This document shows positions 1-12,790 of a stretch of 64,000 nucleotides of DNA, piece after piece. A program made the position numbers and the translations under genes. The notes below the pieces were generated by a model that worked only from the letters and a program-made list of their open reading frames with translations, had not been told where the DNA came from and searched no databases. Origin of the DNA: Camelus ferus (lineage: Eukaryota); contig NC_045715.1 of NCBI RefSeq assembly GCF_009834535.1, forward strand, positions 17,856,001 through 17,920,000. The letters are read 5' to 3'. The first letter of the stretch is position 1. Each line of letters starts with the position of its first letter.

Positions 1-104
1 ATTGAAAATTCATGCTCTTATATGCCACAGAAGCATAATCCAAGTCTTCCTTTCAATTAAAGTTTTCCGTCTCAACAAAGAGCCCTGTTCCCCATTGTAC
101 TTAC

Positions 105-316
105 CCTTGTATTAAATTCCTTGATGGATCTGTTGGAGTGATTGAAGGTGAATTCAAGAGGTCTTTCTGTGGAGGCATTGAATAAACCAGGCTGCTGAGT
201 GCTGTTCACCATAGCAATGATTGCAATGCTCAGACTCACACGCTGAGTTATCATGGTGAAGTTTGAGAAGTGCATGATGAGAGCCAGTCCATAGCGTAAT
301 GAACAGATCTCTGGAC
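105..316 (-). CDS. SLC17A2: SLC17A2 (NPT3) second coding exon
   Basis: Translates [42 protein letters not shown]...IKEFNTR, matching the N-terminal region of SLC17A2 as I recall it. Acceptor AG at 318-317 and donor GTAAGT starting at 104. The 212 nt length is phase-consistent with the upstream exon. The gene continues beyond the left edge. Confidence 0.9.
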
Positions 317-1583
317 CTGGAGAGCAACACAGATGTCTGCAATGAGAATCCCGACTGAGATCACCTCTTTCCGTTTCTCTCACTGCTAAATCTGAAAAAA
401 ACTTCAGATGATCTCACACAATCCCATTGTTCTTTTTCACCAAAATGGCCATGACTACAACCCTCCTTTGTCATATTCTTCAGTTGTCTTCAAGACAATA
501 AATTTATAAATAAATAAATAAAACAAATACGGCCTTTTTTTCAGGGATATGGGAAAAAGATGAAAATATAAGGAACAGTAAATGAAGGCATTTATGTTAC
601 ATTGTTCCAAAACAAAGTTAATGGCGAATTTGGGAAAGAGCTAGTCACAGAATCCCAGTCTCCCAGCTGCAAGCCTGTGGTCCCATCTATTTTGCATATT
701 CATTTACCATAAAGCTTGGAAGTTTATACTTAGAGAGCTGTCTTTGAATTAAGCTAATCAAACATCTAAGGATTTTCTTTTAAAGTACGTGAAAGTTAGT
801 GCCTAAGTGAGCACATCCACTACCTCCTTAGTGTAATGCTCACTTCTAAATTTTTTTTGTTCTGTGTCACTAGGCTCTGCCATTATATATATTCAGATTT
901 TGAAAAATTTAATATGGGGAACCATTTTTACTATTTGTAGGTATGGTGCTGGAGGAGTAGTCACTCTATTACAAGAGCAGCACATTTTTTTTTTTAAAGT
1001 CCCCACGAAGTGGGACAATGGGTCAATATCGAAAGGAGTCCCATGTGACTGATATATTAAATTTTTTGATATACTTGGAAGAACTGGGGACTAAAGAGAA
1101 ACAGAGAAGCTGTGAAAAACTAGGTAAAAAATATAATGGAAGAAATAATTTTTAATGGCCAAATAGGCTCAGGGATGGGACTGGTTGCCTGCAAAATAAT
1201 AATTTCCCTATTACCGGGGGTTTCCAAAGCTCAGGGGAAATAACCAGCTACATAGCAAAGATATTATAGCAAGAACTCATACATAGGCTAGGGGTTTCTT
1301 TAAAATGACTTTCGCAGGACTCATTCCATTCCTTATGTCTCAGGATTTATTGATCATTTGACTTAATTTCTCATAGATAACTCAGTGGGGCTCCCTAAGG
1401 AAAAAACAACAGGTAACAGGATGCAGGGCTGGAGCTGGTCCCATGTTACACTGAGAGAATCTCTACAACAGGGAGACTTGATAGAAAAAGGAGAAGGAGA
1501 GGAGAGCAAAATGTGTGAAGAAGACTGGAAATAAGTTTCCACTCTTCCATAAGGGAGCCTGCAAATAAGAGACATAGCCTTAC

Positions 1584-1611
1584 CTTTCCTGATAGAAGGT
1601 TGCTCATCCAT
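1584..1611 (-). CDS. SLC17A2: SLC17A2 first coding segment (MDEQPSIRK-G), in exon ~1584-1694
   Basis: ATG GAT GAG CAA CCT TCT ATC AGG AAA G|gtaag; the phase-1 junction joins GT CCA to give G-P. It resembles the human N-terminus MDGKPATRKG (recalled). Pyrimidine-rich acceptor with AG at 1696-1695. Confidence 0.85.
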
Positions 1612-2195
1612 TTGGCTCTTCTGGGAAATGGTACCACACTTTGCAGTGCAGATTCCCTCCGCCCTGAATCTCTGTTACCACGACAGGCTTTTATCTATGG
1701 AGAAGAACAACAACCAAAACATGACACCCAAATAATTTTCTCTTGTTAATGTTGAACTCTCTCAGCATCAATGAGAGTTTTGATCCAACACAGCTGTATG
1801 ACTTACATTTAGCAGTACAATTCTTTATTGCTATGCTTATGGAGGGCTAGATTTTTATAAGAAAATCTGGCACTAAGTCAGTCCCAGCTAAGTGACTTAG
1901 AGCTAGTCATTTTGATTCTCTAACTATCCATTTTGTTGTCTGTTCATTAAAAATGTCTCCTTTCTGAGTAGTAGAATTGAACGAGAAAATTGCAAACCAC
2001 AGAACACCATGCAAAGGTAAGGAATATTACAGCTTGATACAGGTCAGTAGATAGGAAAGTTAAATTAAGCTCAAGAGCTGAGGAGGGAAGTTCCAAAACA
2101 GCCCTGTCTTTCATTCTGACCATGTTTCTGTTCCTTCTGTAGAACCAGAACAATGTTGCATGGTGACTTCTTTCAACATGAAGAACAGCACTGCG

Positions 2196-2221
2196 TAACA
2201 CGTGTGCGTGTGTGTGTGTGT
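2196..2221. repeat. Imperfect (GT)n microsatellite
   Basis: cacgtgtgcgtgtgtgtgtgtgt seen directly. Confidence 0.8.
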
Positions 2222-3786
2222 ATTACTGTAACATTTAATGATTAAAAATGTTTATTCTTGCCTTTGCTAACACAATTTAGACACTTTATTGGACTAAAAA
2301 GTTCTTCAAATCACCAGTAAAATCATACTGAATGGGTGCTTTCTACTACAATTATGAATAAATCCAGCTACTTGTCAAGTGAAGAGAATTCATGACCTCA
2401 AAAGGACATGTTTAATTTGATATCTGTACATCAATCAAATGCCCTTTGGGGGATACATACATTTATTTATTTTAGGAACAATCCTTATCCTAAGAATATT
2501 GTCAGTTTCACAGCCATCCTAAACTAAAGCATCCGTGACTTCACAAACCCACGTATCTTGCTTACATTGCATCATTCAAAGCTTTGCATTCTTTCTGCAC
2601 ATAAATTTAGCAAGATTTATCTTCACCCTTAAGAACGATCATCATCTGTGATCTTAGGATGGAGAATCATGATGAAAGAGACAGTTGAAGGATTTTGTCC
2701 AAAAAAAATTCTTTGCAGTATTAGTTATTACAGCATATTAGAGACAAATTAACTTAACTGTAAGGGTTTGGTGAGTCAGATTTAATAGATTCTTATGATG
2801 GGCTTTATTAAAATAATGTTTTCAGAGATGTTGAATAATACTGAGGAAATGCCAGTACTGTAATGTACAAAGCAGGCACCGTGCCTGTGCTGATACACGC
2901 ACACCCAAGAAGGGAGAACCAAATTCACACAAGAGCCGCAACGGCTATTTCTGAATTATAGAACACTCGGTGGCCACATTACTTCTTATGATTTTCCGTA
3001 TTAACCACATGATTCTTTTAACAATTTGTAGTTACTCACTTTACACACAGAAGAAGCTAACTGTTGTTGAAAGAACAACAATTAGGCTTCATTTACATAG
3101 TCAGCATAGTTTTCTCCCTGCCAAATGTCTCTGGAATTCTGAGAACAAGTTCACTCCAGCTAAGTTTTGAAACTTACTTTTTAAAAAAAACTACAGTGGA
3201 CCTAAATAGATGCCCACTGCTAACAAGAGAAAGTCAGCACCAGGTTGGATTTTGCTCTGTTTTGGAAGGTTTTCCACTCTTGCTAACAGCTGGGTGCAGC
3301 CAGGAATTCAGTTCAGGGCTCTACAGTCAGGTTCTGGCTAAAGAGACTGGAGTGGACACCTAGTTGACCCAGAGTTTGGACCATTTTCTATTTGATCTCC
3401 CTTGTTATGTAAGATCCCAAGACTTGGCTGAAGACAACTTTTTCACTGTGCATGCATCTACAAGTACCTATATTCCACTAAAAGCCTTCCTACCCATCTA
3501 TCTGTCCAGCAAAACTTATAAACACTAATCCTAGAGCTGAAAGAGACTCAGAGACCCTCTGGCCTAACTGTTCATTTTATTGATGAGAAAACTGGTGCGC
3601 AGAAAGTTTGAAAAGTTGCTCCAAGCCACAGAGTTTACTGAGCCAGCACCAGGTCTCTGATACCAGACTGCTGCTTTTTTCTGTCTGTTAGTACTGCTTC
3701 CCCTTTATGTTCATATTTTAAGCACAAACTTAAAGCACCGTAGGGTAATTTCATTTTGAGGTATTCTATATAGGAATTTATATAAT

Positions 3787-3952
3787 TTTAAATTAATTTT
3801 TAAATTGAAGTACAGTTGACTTACATATATTAGTTTCAGGTGTACAACATAGTGATTCAATATTTTTGCAGATTATACTTCAATATAGGTTATTACAAAA
3901 TAATGGCTCTAATTCCCTGCACTTTACAGTAATATCCTTGTTGCTTATCTAT
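3787..3952 (-). mobile_element. LINE-1 3' end fragment
   Basis: T-rich start followed by ttgaagtacagttgacttac...ttagtttcaggtgtacaacatagtgattc, typical of an antisense L1 3'UTR. Confidence 0.65.
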
Positions 3953-5744
3953 GATCTTAAATTAAATTTTAATCATTCATACTAGATGGAAATTTGATGA
4001 TAAAAATACTCTCCAGTTGAGCTTTGAATATTAACAAAATTAAAAAAGACTACTCTCTCTTGCTTTTTTTGTTAGTGGAATGACATCATAAACCCCTCAC
4101 TTCATTTGTCTTTCCCATTCCATCTGATGCCATCCCTACCTTAGTTTTTATGGTTTCAAATGCTACTTTGAATTTTGCCTCACTAGCTAATTTCAGTTGT
4201 TAATTTCCCTGTTTCCTGTGCATGAGACAAATACGGAAATCAGGCAGACATCCCAGACCATTCTAAATGTGGGTCCTTCTATGACATAGTAATGGAAACT
4301 ATTTTTCTAAGATAATCACAGAAGCATATGAAAGTATGGAGTCTAAGGACTGCAATAATTGATAAGCACTTGGAGACAGTGGAATGAGTCTTAGACCAAT
4401 TGTAAACATTGTCAAGGACCTTCCTACTCTAGAGTGACGGTTCTAAAAAGTAGTGAACCCTAGTGTCAAACCTGTAAGTAGACAAAGAAAAATTAAATTA
4501 AGTTAAAGGAAAATTCTACGTTAAAAAAATAATTTTATGATGCAAAATAGAGTTGAATTTGTTATAAAATGAATAATGTAGACAGTATAATTTATGCATA
4601 AGCAAAAGAGTATTTTTCCTATTATTTTTAGTCTAGAACTATTTTGTTATAATGGGCTTTCTATTGCTCTTAGATGTCCCCTAATATTAATCCTGTCTTG
4701 CAACACCTCTGTTAGCCGAGTGTCCCAGTTTACTCAGAGTAAATGTTACATGTGGTGGAAAGAGCATGAACCTGTGGTTCAAAGGGTATCCAAGGACCAA
4801 GTTCTCCGTTATTCACAATCTGAGTAAAGCAGAACAGATTTCATAAGATCCCAGAATTTTAATTGTCTCATAGGAAAAATGGGAATAATATTACTTCACA
4901 GGACTGTTGTGAGCAAAAACAAAGGTGTGAGACATGCCTCCTCAATGTAAAATATTATACACCGTAAAATGTTATTAACAACAACAATAATAATAGTCAC
5001 AAGATTGGCACTTGAGCCTCTCAAATTAATAAACACAGGTTTACAGCAAATGAAATAACTTTCTAAAAATATTCTTTTGATTGTTTGTTAAATTGGTTTT
5101 AACATTTCCTTTTAAAAGTGAGTTCTTCTGGACTAGAATCCAGAAGATGAATGAGAAAGGGATGCCTCTCCGATGCTATAAACACTGAAGAACATGGGAA
5201 GAAGTAATTTCTTTCATGTTTGTAAAACTGAGGCCCCTTTTAACACCTGTTTACTTTTTTGAAAGATTGGGAGTTCTGGAGTAAAGTTGGTTATTCTAGT
5301 AGATCATTTACATCATGCTGTCAATTTACATGAACTTAATCATGAAAAAAAAAGAAAACGGGTACTGAGCACCAATAGTGGGGAATCCTAGAAGGCAGGG
5401 TTATGCCAAAATTCAAGTGCAACTTGGGCACTGCTCACAGGGGACTCACAGCTCCACTCATTAGGAGATCCACAGGTGTGCCTGTGCAACTTTCCTCCAA
5501 GCAACAACCTCAGGCTATATCTTTCAGGCCAGTAGGAGTCCATCTGTGCTGTGGAATTGAGATTTTTTTTCCCCTGGGCAGGTTGGGAGAAGGCACTTTC
5601 ATTAGGTCTTTTCCTGTAGGGCTTCCCATCATAGCACTAATAGGAAGTAACCACTGTCTCTCTGGCATCTTTTCTCAGCTGTTCAAGGAGGGCAATAAAC
5701 CAGGTGATCTCTACAAGTGTACAAGTTTCCTTGCCTTCCATCTT

Positions 5745-6060
5745 TTAAAAAAATTTTGTTATTGAAGGATAGTCAGTTTACAAAGTTGTGTCAATTTCTT
5801 ACGTACAGCTTAATGTTTCAGTCATACATGTACATTCATATATTCCTTTTCATATTCTTTTTCATTATAGGTTACTACAAGATGTTGAATATAGTTCCCT
5901 GTGCTACACAGTATGTCTATTTATATATAGTAGTTAGTATTTGCTAATCTTGAACTCCCAATTTATCCCTCCCCACCCTCTTTACCCCCTGGGAACAATA
6001 ATCTTGTTTTCTATGTCTGTGAGTATATTTTTGTTTTGTAAATAAGTTCATTTTGGTCTT
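5745..6060 (-). mobile_element. LINE-1 3' end fragment (laurasiatherian/artiodactyl type)
   Basis: ttattgaaggatagtcagtttacaaagttgtgtcaatttc...atagttccctgtgctacacag...ttttctatgtctgtgagt. Confidence 0.7.
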
Positions 6061-6521
6061 GCCTTCAATCTTATTCACAATTTTGTTCTTATTCTCCTCT
6101 TCTTGAGAGACAATTTCAACCATATACAGAAATCTGAAAAGACTCATTAGTCACAGTCCCCAATCTCAAATCTTGTTAGTTCTGATCCAGTCTTTTATTC
6201 TACAGTCAACTCCACAGCCTGCCCAACTCATCAAGGTGTCACAGTTAAGACTCACAGAATCCTTGAAGAGGTGACCAATGTCCACAGAGTCCATTGGCAC
6301 TGGTGTCCTCTCAAGCCTTGCTTTCAAATCTTGACTGAATCGATTGCCATTTTTAGAAAGTGTCTTCTTTGTTTTGGAATCAGAAACCATTCTCAGATGG
6401 AGAGCCTTAGGCTTCTAATAATGTTTTTCCTCTGACTTCCCTTCAAACTGTTCCCTCCCTTTAACGGATCATTGGTTGATTAGTAATTATCCTCCGACCC
6501 AAAAAGAAGAAATGCACTTAC

Positions 6522-6680
6522 CTTCACCATTAAACTAGAGTTGTAAGCCTTAAACTATTAGGCTACCTTGAAGAAAGAAGTTTTCATCTCTTCTTCCCGT
6601 TCACATAATTCCACAATTTCACAAAGATAAATAATGAGTCACATGGCAGGCAGACTGCATCAGGTTTAGTCCTACATTCT
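6522..6680 (-). other. SLC17A2: Candidate 5'UTR first exon of SLC17A2
   Basis: Strong donor AAG|GTAAGTG (intron starts at 6521), 4.8 kb upstream of the ATG exon, with HNF1/HNF4-like motifs just upstream. The 5' boundary is a guess. Confidence 0.45.
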
Positions 6681-6711
6681 CAGAGCAGAGAGACCAGGTT
6701 TGGCTTCGCTG

Positions 6712-6795
6712 CTTAATTTTTAACTTCATTTTCAAGTTCTCACAGGTAGAATGAGTATCTCAAAAGATGACACCGTGTTTTTTCTGCTTTGACCT
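6712..6795 (-). promoter_or_regulatory. HNF1-like and partial HNF4 (DR1)-like motifs, candidate SLC17A2 promoter
   Basis: cttaatttttaac at 6712-6724 versus GTTAATNATTAAC; tgctttgacct at 6785-6795 (AGGTCAAAGCA on the minus strand). Motif match only. Confidence 0.35.
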
Positions 6796-7457
6796 CCACA
6801 TACAGATGAAAAAGTCAACAAGCCTTTTTCCTGAAAGGAAGGCGGCACGGTGTGAAAGAAAGAGGCAGGCTCCTGGGACTGCAGAGATGAAGTCACCCCA
6901 CCCTCACCTCCCAGTGTTTTCTGTGGCCTTGAACAAGTCACTTAACTTCTTTGAATTGGTTTCTACTTTAATAAAGCAAGGGTTACTTACAATGCTTAAC
7001 TCATGGGGTTATTGGGCAAATTAAATGAAATACACATGCTCACCTGAAGTATGAGTATATTGAGATCCTCAGCAAATGACATGTTCCCATTAAAGGGTTC
7101 TGTTAAATCAGACTTTCATTAAGCATTTGGTGCCACTGCTTCATAAATGTGAACTTTGGTTACTCTGACATCTTCCCATGAGGCTACCTTGTAACCTTTC
7201 TTCCTGCTTCTTATCTGTGCTCTTTCTAATCCAGTCTCTGCTTGACTCCTGATATTTGGACTTGTGTTTTTTTGTGCTTCTTGAATTTCAGACTGTGGTT
7301 GCTACTGAGCCATCCCAGTCTGAATCTCAGCCCTTATAAAAGGAGCTGAAGGCCTTCCCTCCCTGCTTTTATTAGCTTCAAACTACCTTAGTTGAGTTTC
7401 CCTGTCCCAGTTAGCCTTGCCACACTCCTTCAAGGAGCCTACTGGAGTCAACATCTC

Positions 7458-7942
7458 TGTATTAGTGTTCTATTCTTGCTGTTATAAATTAACAAAAACT
7501 TATGACTTAAAACAACATGTTTATTCTTACAGTTCTGAAGGTTAGAAGTCTAAAATGGGTTTCATTGGGCCAGAAATCAAAATGTCAGCAGGGCCACACT
7601 CTCCCTGGAGGCTCTAGGGGAGAATCTAATTTCTTACCTTTTCTAGTTTCTAGAGGTCACCTGCCTTCCTTGGCTCATAACCACTTCCTCCATCTTTAAA
7701 GGCAGCAGCATAGTATCTTTAGATCTTTCCAACTCTGACCCTCCTTTCTCCCTCTTTATAAAGACACTTGCAATTATATTGGGCTCATGTCTGAAATCCA
7801 GGCTAGTCTTCATGCCTCAAAATTCTTAACTTGATCACATATGCAAAGTCCTTTTTTTCCCACACAAGGTAACACGTTTTCAGTTTCCAGGGATTAGGAC
7901 TGGAAATGGAAATCTTCAGGCAGCATTATTCAGCCTACCACC
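7458..7942 (-). mobile_element. MaLR LTR (MLT1C/D-like)
   Basis: tgtattagt...acttaaaacaac...acagttctgaaggttagaagtc...cagcctaccac; diagnostic MLT1 blocks. Confidence 0.75.
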
Positions 7943-9129
7943 ATCCACTTTTGAAGAGTGGAGAAGTAGCATGGAGAATGGAAACAACTGTTCCTTCCTT
8001 CTTGTAACTGAAAATTCTGCTTATTGACTTATTGTAGAGTCATTCTGTACCTGGTCAGCCAATGAAAGTAGCTAGAAAGAGAACAAGAGAACTTTGTTTT
8101 GCCTAGTCTGCCCAGACGAAGAGGTGACATTTTCTGATTTGTGCAAAGATAGGGAACGATTTGGCAACAGCCTTGATAGAAAAAGTAGCTGAGACTGGAT
8201 CCCCCAAATAGGACTACATATGACATGGAAAGAACGGTCAACAGCGCCCAATGCCAGAAGTAAGATTCAAACTATATTCTTCAGGCTGATTATGTTGTTT
8301 AAATAGTGTAATCCTATAGTTGGATTTTGCAAGCTCCCAAAGGAATCTTGTGTATTTCAAGAACTGCTTTATCCACAGCTCTTTCAACAGTATCTGGCCT
8401 AGAGTATATGTTCAATAAACATTAGTTTACTGAATGGATGAATTCTTGAGTCATACTTGCCATTAAGAATCAAGATTTCTGTAGCTGGTCCAAACCCCTT
8501 ACCCCATCCCACACCATGATTTTCACATAGCAAAGTATTAAATCAACCCACTGAACTATATACAGAAACAGTAAATATCTATAATCTGTTTATAAATATC
8601 AAGAGTAATGTAACAGAAAAGATTAGAGAGTCCTAAAATATTAGGTCTCTTTGGCCTGGCATTAATAGCTGTTTCCAATCAGAGCAGTTCAATTCCACCC
8701 TCTTTTTTGAGAATTTCCTATGTTCCAGACATGGTGCTAACTTCTGAGAATATCAATTTGTTTAAGACCTGACTTAAGCCCATGACTCCACAGAGTTCAG
8801 AGTCCACTGAGTGAGGATATATGCAAAGACAGACAACTAGGACAGAAAGAATAAAGACAAAAAATACAAGCATGCACAGGGTAGGAGGAGAGAAAAAATA
8901 AGGACCCCTTTCAACACAGGGGTGTCAGAGGAAGGCTTCCTGGAGAAGGCAGGGTTGTGGTCAGTCTTCACGAATGGTGTGAAAGAGTCTGTAATATAGG
9001 GGAAGGAACTTCCAGAAAGAGTGAGGCCATAGTGGCATGGCGTGGGGAATTAGAATTGTTCAACACAACTGGGGATTAAAGTACAAAGGCATGAAGGAAA
9101 TTTGGTCAACAGACTGGAAACATGGCAAA

Positions 9130-9640
9130 CGTTAAAAAAAATCAATTGTTTTTCTCAATAGTAGAAATAACCAGCCAAGAATGGCAATTGAAAGAAGTTT
9201 TTAATGTTCTCTAGTAAGAATAACTATAGAACTTTTAGGCATTACTTGAATAAGAAAAGTATGACTTAAAAGAAAACAATAAAATTTTGTTAAAGGACAT
9301 AAAACAAGATCTGGCTAAATGGAACTATATACTATATTATTGGGTGGAGAACTTAATATCATACAAATATTGATCCTTCCTGAATTAATAGACACATTCA
9401 GTAAAAATCCAACTAGAAGGAAAATGGAAGGACACACTGGAAACAGCCTAAATGCTCATCATTGGGACTGAGTACATTACGATGCAGCCTTATCATAGAA
9501 AATTAACTAGCAGTTTAAAAGAATGAATTGCATCTATACTGTTTGATTCAGGTGCTTTTGTATGTCATATAATTTTAAATGAGTAAAACAGATGAAGAGT
9601 ACACAGAAAGAGATCCATTTTTCTAAATATTTTATATATT
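9130..9640 (+). mobile_element. Old LINE-1 (L1ME-like) ORF2/3' remnants
   Basis: aaaatcaattgtttttctc..., aaggacataaaacaagatctggctaaatgga..., aaacagcctaaatgctcatca motifs. Confidence 0.55.
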
Positions 9641-9994
9641 TACCCAATTTATAATTTATTTACCCAAGAAATATTTATATATATATATATATGATAGTCT
9701 ATGAGCCAAATCTGGCTGTAAACTGGTTATCTGGTTTGGGTAACTAGTGAGATGCTGGAAAAAACAAAAAAAGAACCTCTAAAACTAAATGAAAAGGTGA
9801 CTACCAAAAATTAACAGTTACAGGCTATGCAGATAGAAATATGTGTGTATATTCATATGCACATATTTGTGAATACACATATGTACATATTTGTCTATAT
9901 GTGTATGTACACGCACATACATTTATGTATGTATGTTTTTCTTTGTCTTTCTGTCCTGTGTTCTCAGCAAATCACTCAAATTTTTCTTCCACTA

Positions 9995-10140
9995 CCCTAA
10001 AATAGCACTTCTTAAATTTAATGTGCATGTGAATTACCTGGGGAAAGTATTAAAGTGCTACATAGCTCAGTAGGTCTGGGGTGGGCCTGAGGTTTAGCAT
10101 TCATATCAAGCTTCCAGGTGGTGCTGATCCCCATGCTGTC
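9995..10140. mobile_element. MER5A-like hAT-Charlie DNA transposon
   Basis: cttcttaaatttaatgtgcatgtgaattacctgggga...taggtctggggtgggcctgag...caagcttccaggtggtgctgat. Confidence 0.65.
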
Positions 10141-10312
10141 CACCTGTTGCTACTTTGTGTGGAAAGAAATGCTCTTATACTTTCTTCCATTGTATTTAGT
10201 CTATAATTCATTCCAGGAGTAATATTTTGTCAAAAATTTATTTAGCAATAAAGTTTCTTTCAATGTCCATATTTCCCCTAGGATTTCTAAATATTAAAAA
10301 TAATCAACTTTT

Positions 10313-10432
10313 GGGGGGAAGGTATAACTCAGTGGTAGAGTGTGTGCTTAGCATGCACAAGGTCCTGGGTTCAATCCCCAGTATCTCCATATAAATAAAT
10401 AAATAAATAAATACCCCCCCACCCCACCCCAA
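10313..10432 (+). mobile_element. tRNA-derived SINE, Vic-1-like (camelid)
   Basis: ggggaaggtataactcagtggtagagtgtgtgcttagcatgcacaaggtcctgggttcaatccccagtatctcc with A and B boxes, an (AAAT)n tail and a C-run. Confidence 0.85.
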
Positions 10433-11329
10433 AAAAAAGGATTGGAATGCTGCTGCTTTGGGATTTTTTTTTTTAAGTCAACTTTTCTTGTTTAATTTCT
10501 GCTTATTTCAGTTTCATAATTTCTTGGTGATTTTAGGTAGAAGTTAATCCTTCATTTATTTTCTTGAACAGTCTGAACATAGTTATATTTGTCCAACTTT
10601 AAAATTATTTTCTTTTAGACCAAATTCATATCCCATTTGTTGAGTTTAATTGCTGTCTTTTAGGTTTCTATTCATAAAATTTGAAATTGTGGTGTGTAAA
10701 CCAAATTTCAATGTTTTTACTTATCTTTCTTTCTCAGTCTCTCTCTTCTCTTCCCTCACTCTCCCCCACAGCACTTACCTTGTACTCTCTAAAATGGTTT
10801 GTGTTACTTTTATCTGAGTTTTAAAATTCATGTTCTAAAACCATTCCAGGTCTTACCCAGAAGTGAGCACAGGGGCACACAGACAAATCCAGAAGAAGCC
10901 CTCAAGTTCTGGCTCAAGGAATGGGAAAGGGGTCTTCTAGCACTCAGAAAGAGAGGGGGTGATCCATATAACTTTTTCTTTTCTCTGTTCTCTCCCACCC
11001 TAGCCCTCAAGCAATCCCATAGCCAAAACTCTAAGTGAGGTGAAACTTCATCTCATGTCAGGGAAGCTGTGGTCTCAGAATGATGTAGTGAGTGTCCATT
11101 TCTTTTTTCTTTCTGTGTTCCCAGAAAAAGGTGCAGTCACAGGAGGAAAGCAGCAGAGCGCAGTAAATAAAGTCCCAGCTTTCCAGCCAAAGAGAGTCTC
11201 AAAGGGGAGCCTCAAGAAATGGAAAGTGCCAGGGAGATGAAGCAGGAGTGGCCTGGGAAAGCAATCTTATGAGATTGTTCGTGAACTCCGGGCAGTGTGT
11301 GCATGGATCTGACCTTAAACAGCATACTA

Positions 11330-12790
11330 CAGAATTGAGAAATGAACTATGGTTATATTACCAACAAGGACCCTGACTGACCACTGGGTGGCACACATGT
11401 GAGGCAAATCTGAACAGCACTGCAAAAGCCTTGAAAACTGAACTGGCCCACAGAAAGCTGATGGGAACATACAGCGTGAATCTAAGTTGATTGTTTTACT
11501 AAGGCAAAAATATTGACATTTCCAATAGGATTTAAATAATAACCAGGGCTTCATAAGATAATATTCAAAATGGCCAGGATACAAACCAAACGTACCAAGC
11601 ATATGAAGAATCAGAAAAATGGCAATGTTTCACAGGGGAAAGGGCAATCAACAGATGCCAATATTTAAATGACACAGATGTTAGAATTTTCTGGCAAGAC
11701 TTAAAGCAGCTATTTTAAAAATGCTCCAGCAAACAATTGCAAATCGTCTTGAAATAACTGGAAAAAATTTCTTCTAGCAAAGAAACAGAAGATGTAAAGA
11801 AGGACCAAATGGAAACTTTGGAACTGAAAAATACAATACCGCCTCTCCCCCCAAAAACTCACTGATTGGCTCAACGGCAGAATGCAGATGATGGAGGAAA
11901 GAGTCAGTGAATAGTTTGTGCTGATCTACCCTCAAGTTCAATCTGAACTAGAGAGAAAGGTTTTTTTTTTTGTTTTTTTTTTTTAAAATGGGCAGAGACT
12001 TGGGGCGGTTTGGGAACACTCTTGAAAAGTTCTGACATTAGCGTCATCAGAGTCTCAGAAGACAAAAAGTTGAACAGTGCAGAAATAAAATAGTTGAAGA
12101 AATATTGGTTGAAAACATCTCAAATACACTGAAAGGCATTAATGTATAGGCTCAAGAAGATCAGAAAACTCCAAATAGGATAAAACCAAAGAAATCCATG
12201 CCCATAATCAAACTACTGTAAGCTAAAAACCAAGAAATAATCTTGAAGTCTGCCAGAGGAAAACTTAGAAGGCAATAATGATTTGAAAGACTACATATTT
12301 TTATCAGAAAGCATAGAAGCCAGAAAGGAGTCACTCAATATTTTTCAAGTGCTGAAAGAAAAGAATTGTCAATGCAGAATTCCATATCCAGTAAATATAT
12401 CCTTTAGGAATGAAGGTGAAATAAAGACTTTATCTGGTGAAGAAAAACTAGGACTTCACAGTCAGCAAACTTGCTCTAAAAGAATTGCTAAAGTTCCTCA
12501 GACAGAGGGAACTGACACCAGAAGGAAACCTGGACACCAGGAATGAAGAAAGAGCAACAAAAATAGTAAATTCCTAGGTAAAATAGTAGACAATTCTCCT
12601 CTTTAGTTCCTTAAAATTTGTTTGACATTGGAAACAAAGTTTGTAACATTGTTTGATGAGATTATCCATACATGCAGATGTAATGCAAAAGACAAAGACA
12701 ACATAGATGAGGAAGGATAAAGGAATCTATATGGCAATAAGGTTTCTACACCCAAAATAGTAACATAAAGATTCTAAAAGTAATAAATGC
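11330..12790 (+). mobile_element. Old LINE-1 5' region/ORF1 remnant
   Basis: ORF 12283-12546 gives IFQVLKEKNCQCRIPYPVNISFRNEGEIKTLS, a decayed L1 ORF1p C-terminal motif (KEKNCQPRILYPAKLSF..EGEIKTF). Confidence 0.75.

Noticed and set aside
10313-10390. tRNA-like sequence with A and B boxes (also 18028-18090)
   Set aside because: tRNA-derived SINE heads with A-rich tails and TSDs; no complete cloverleaf
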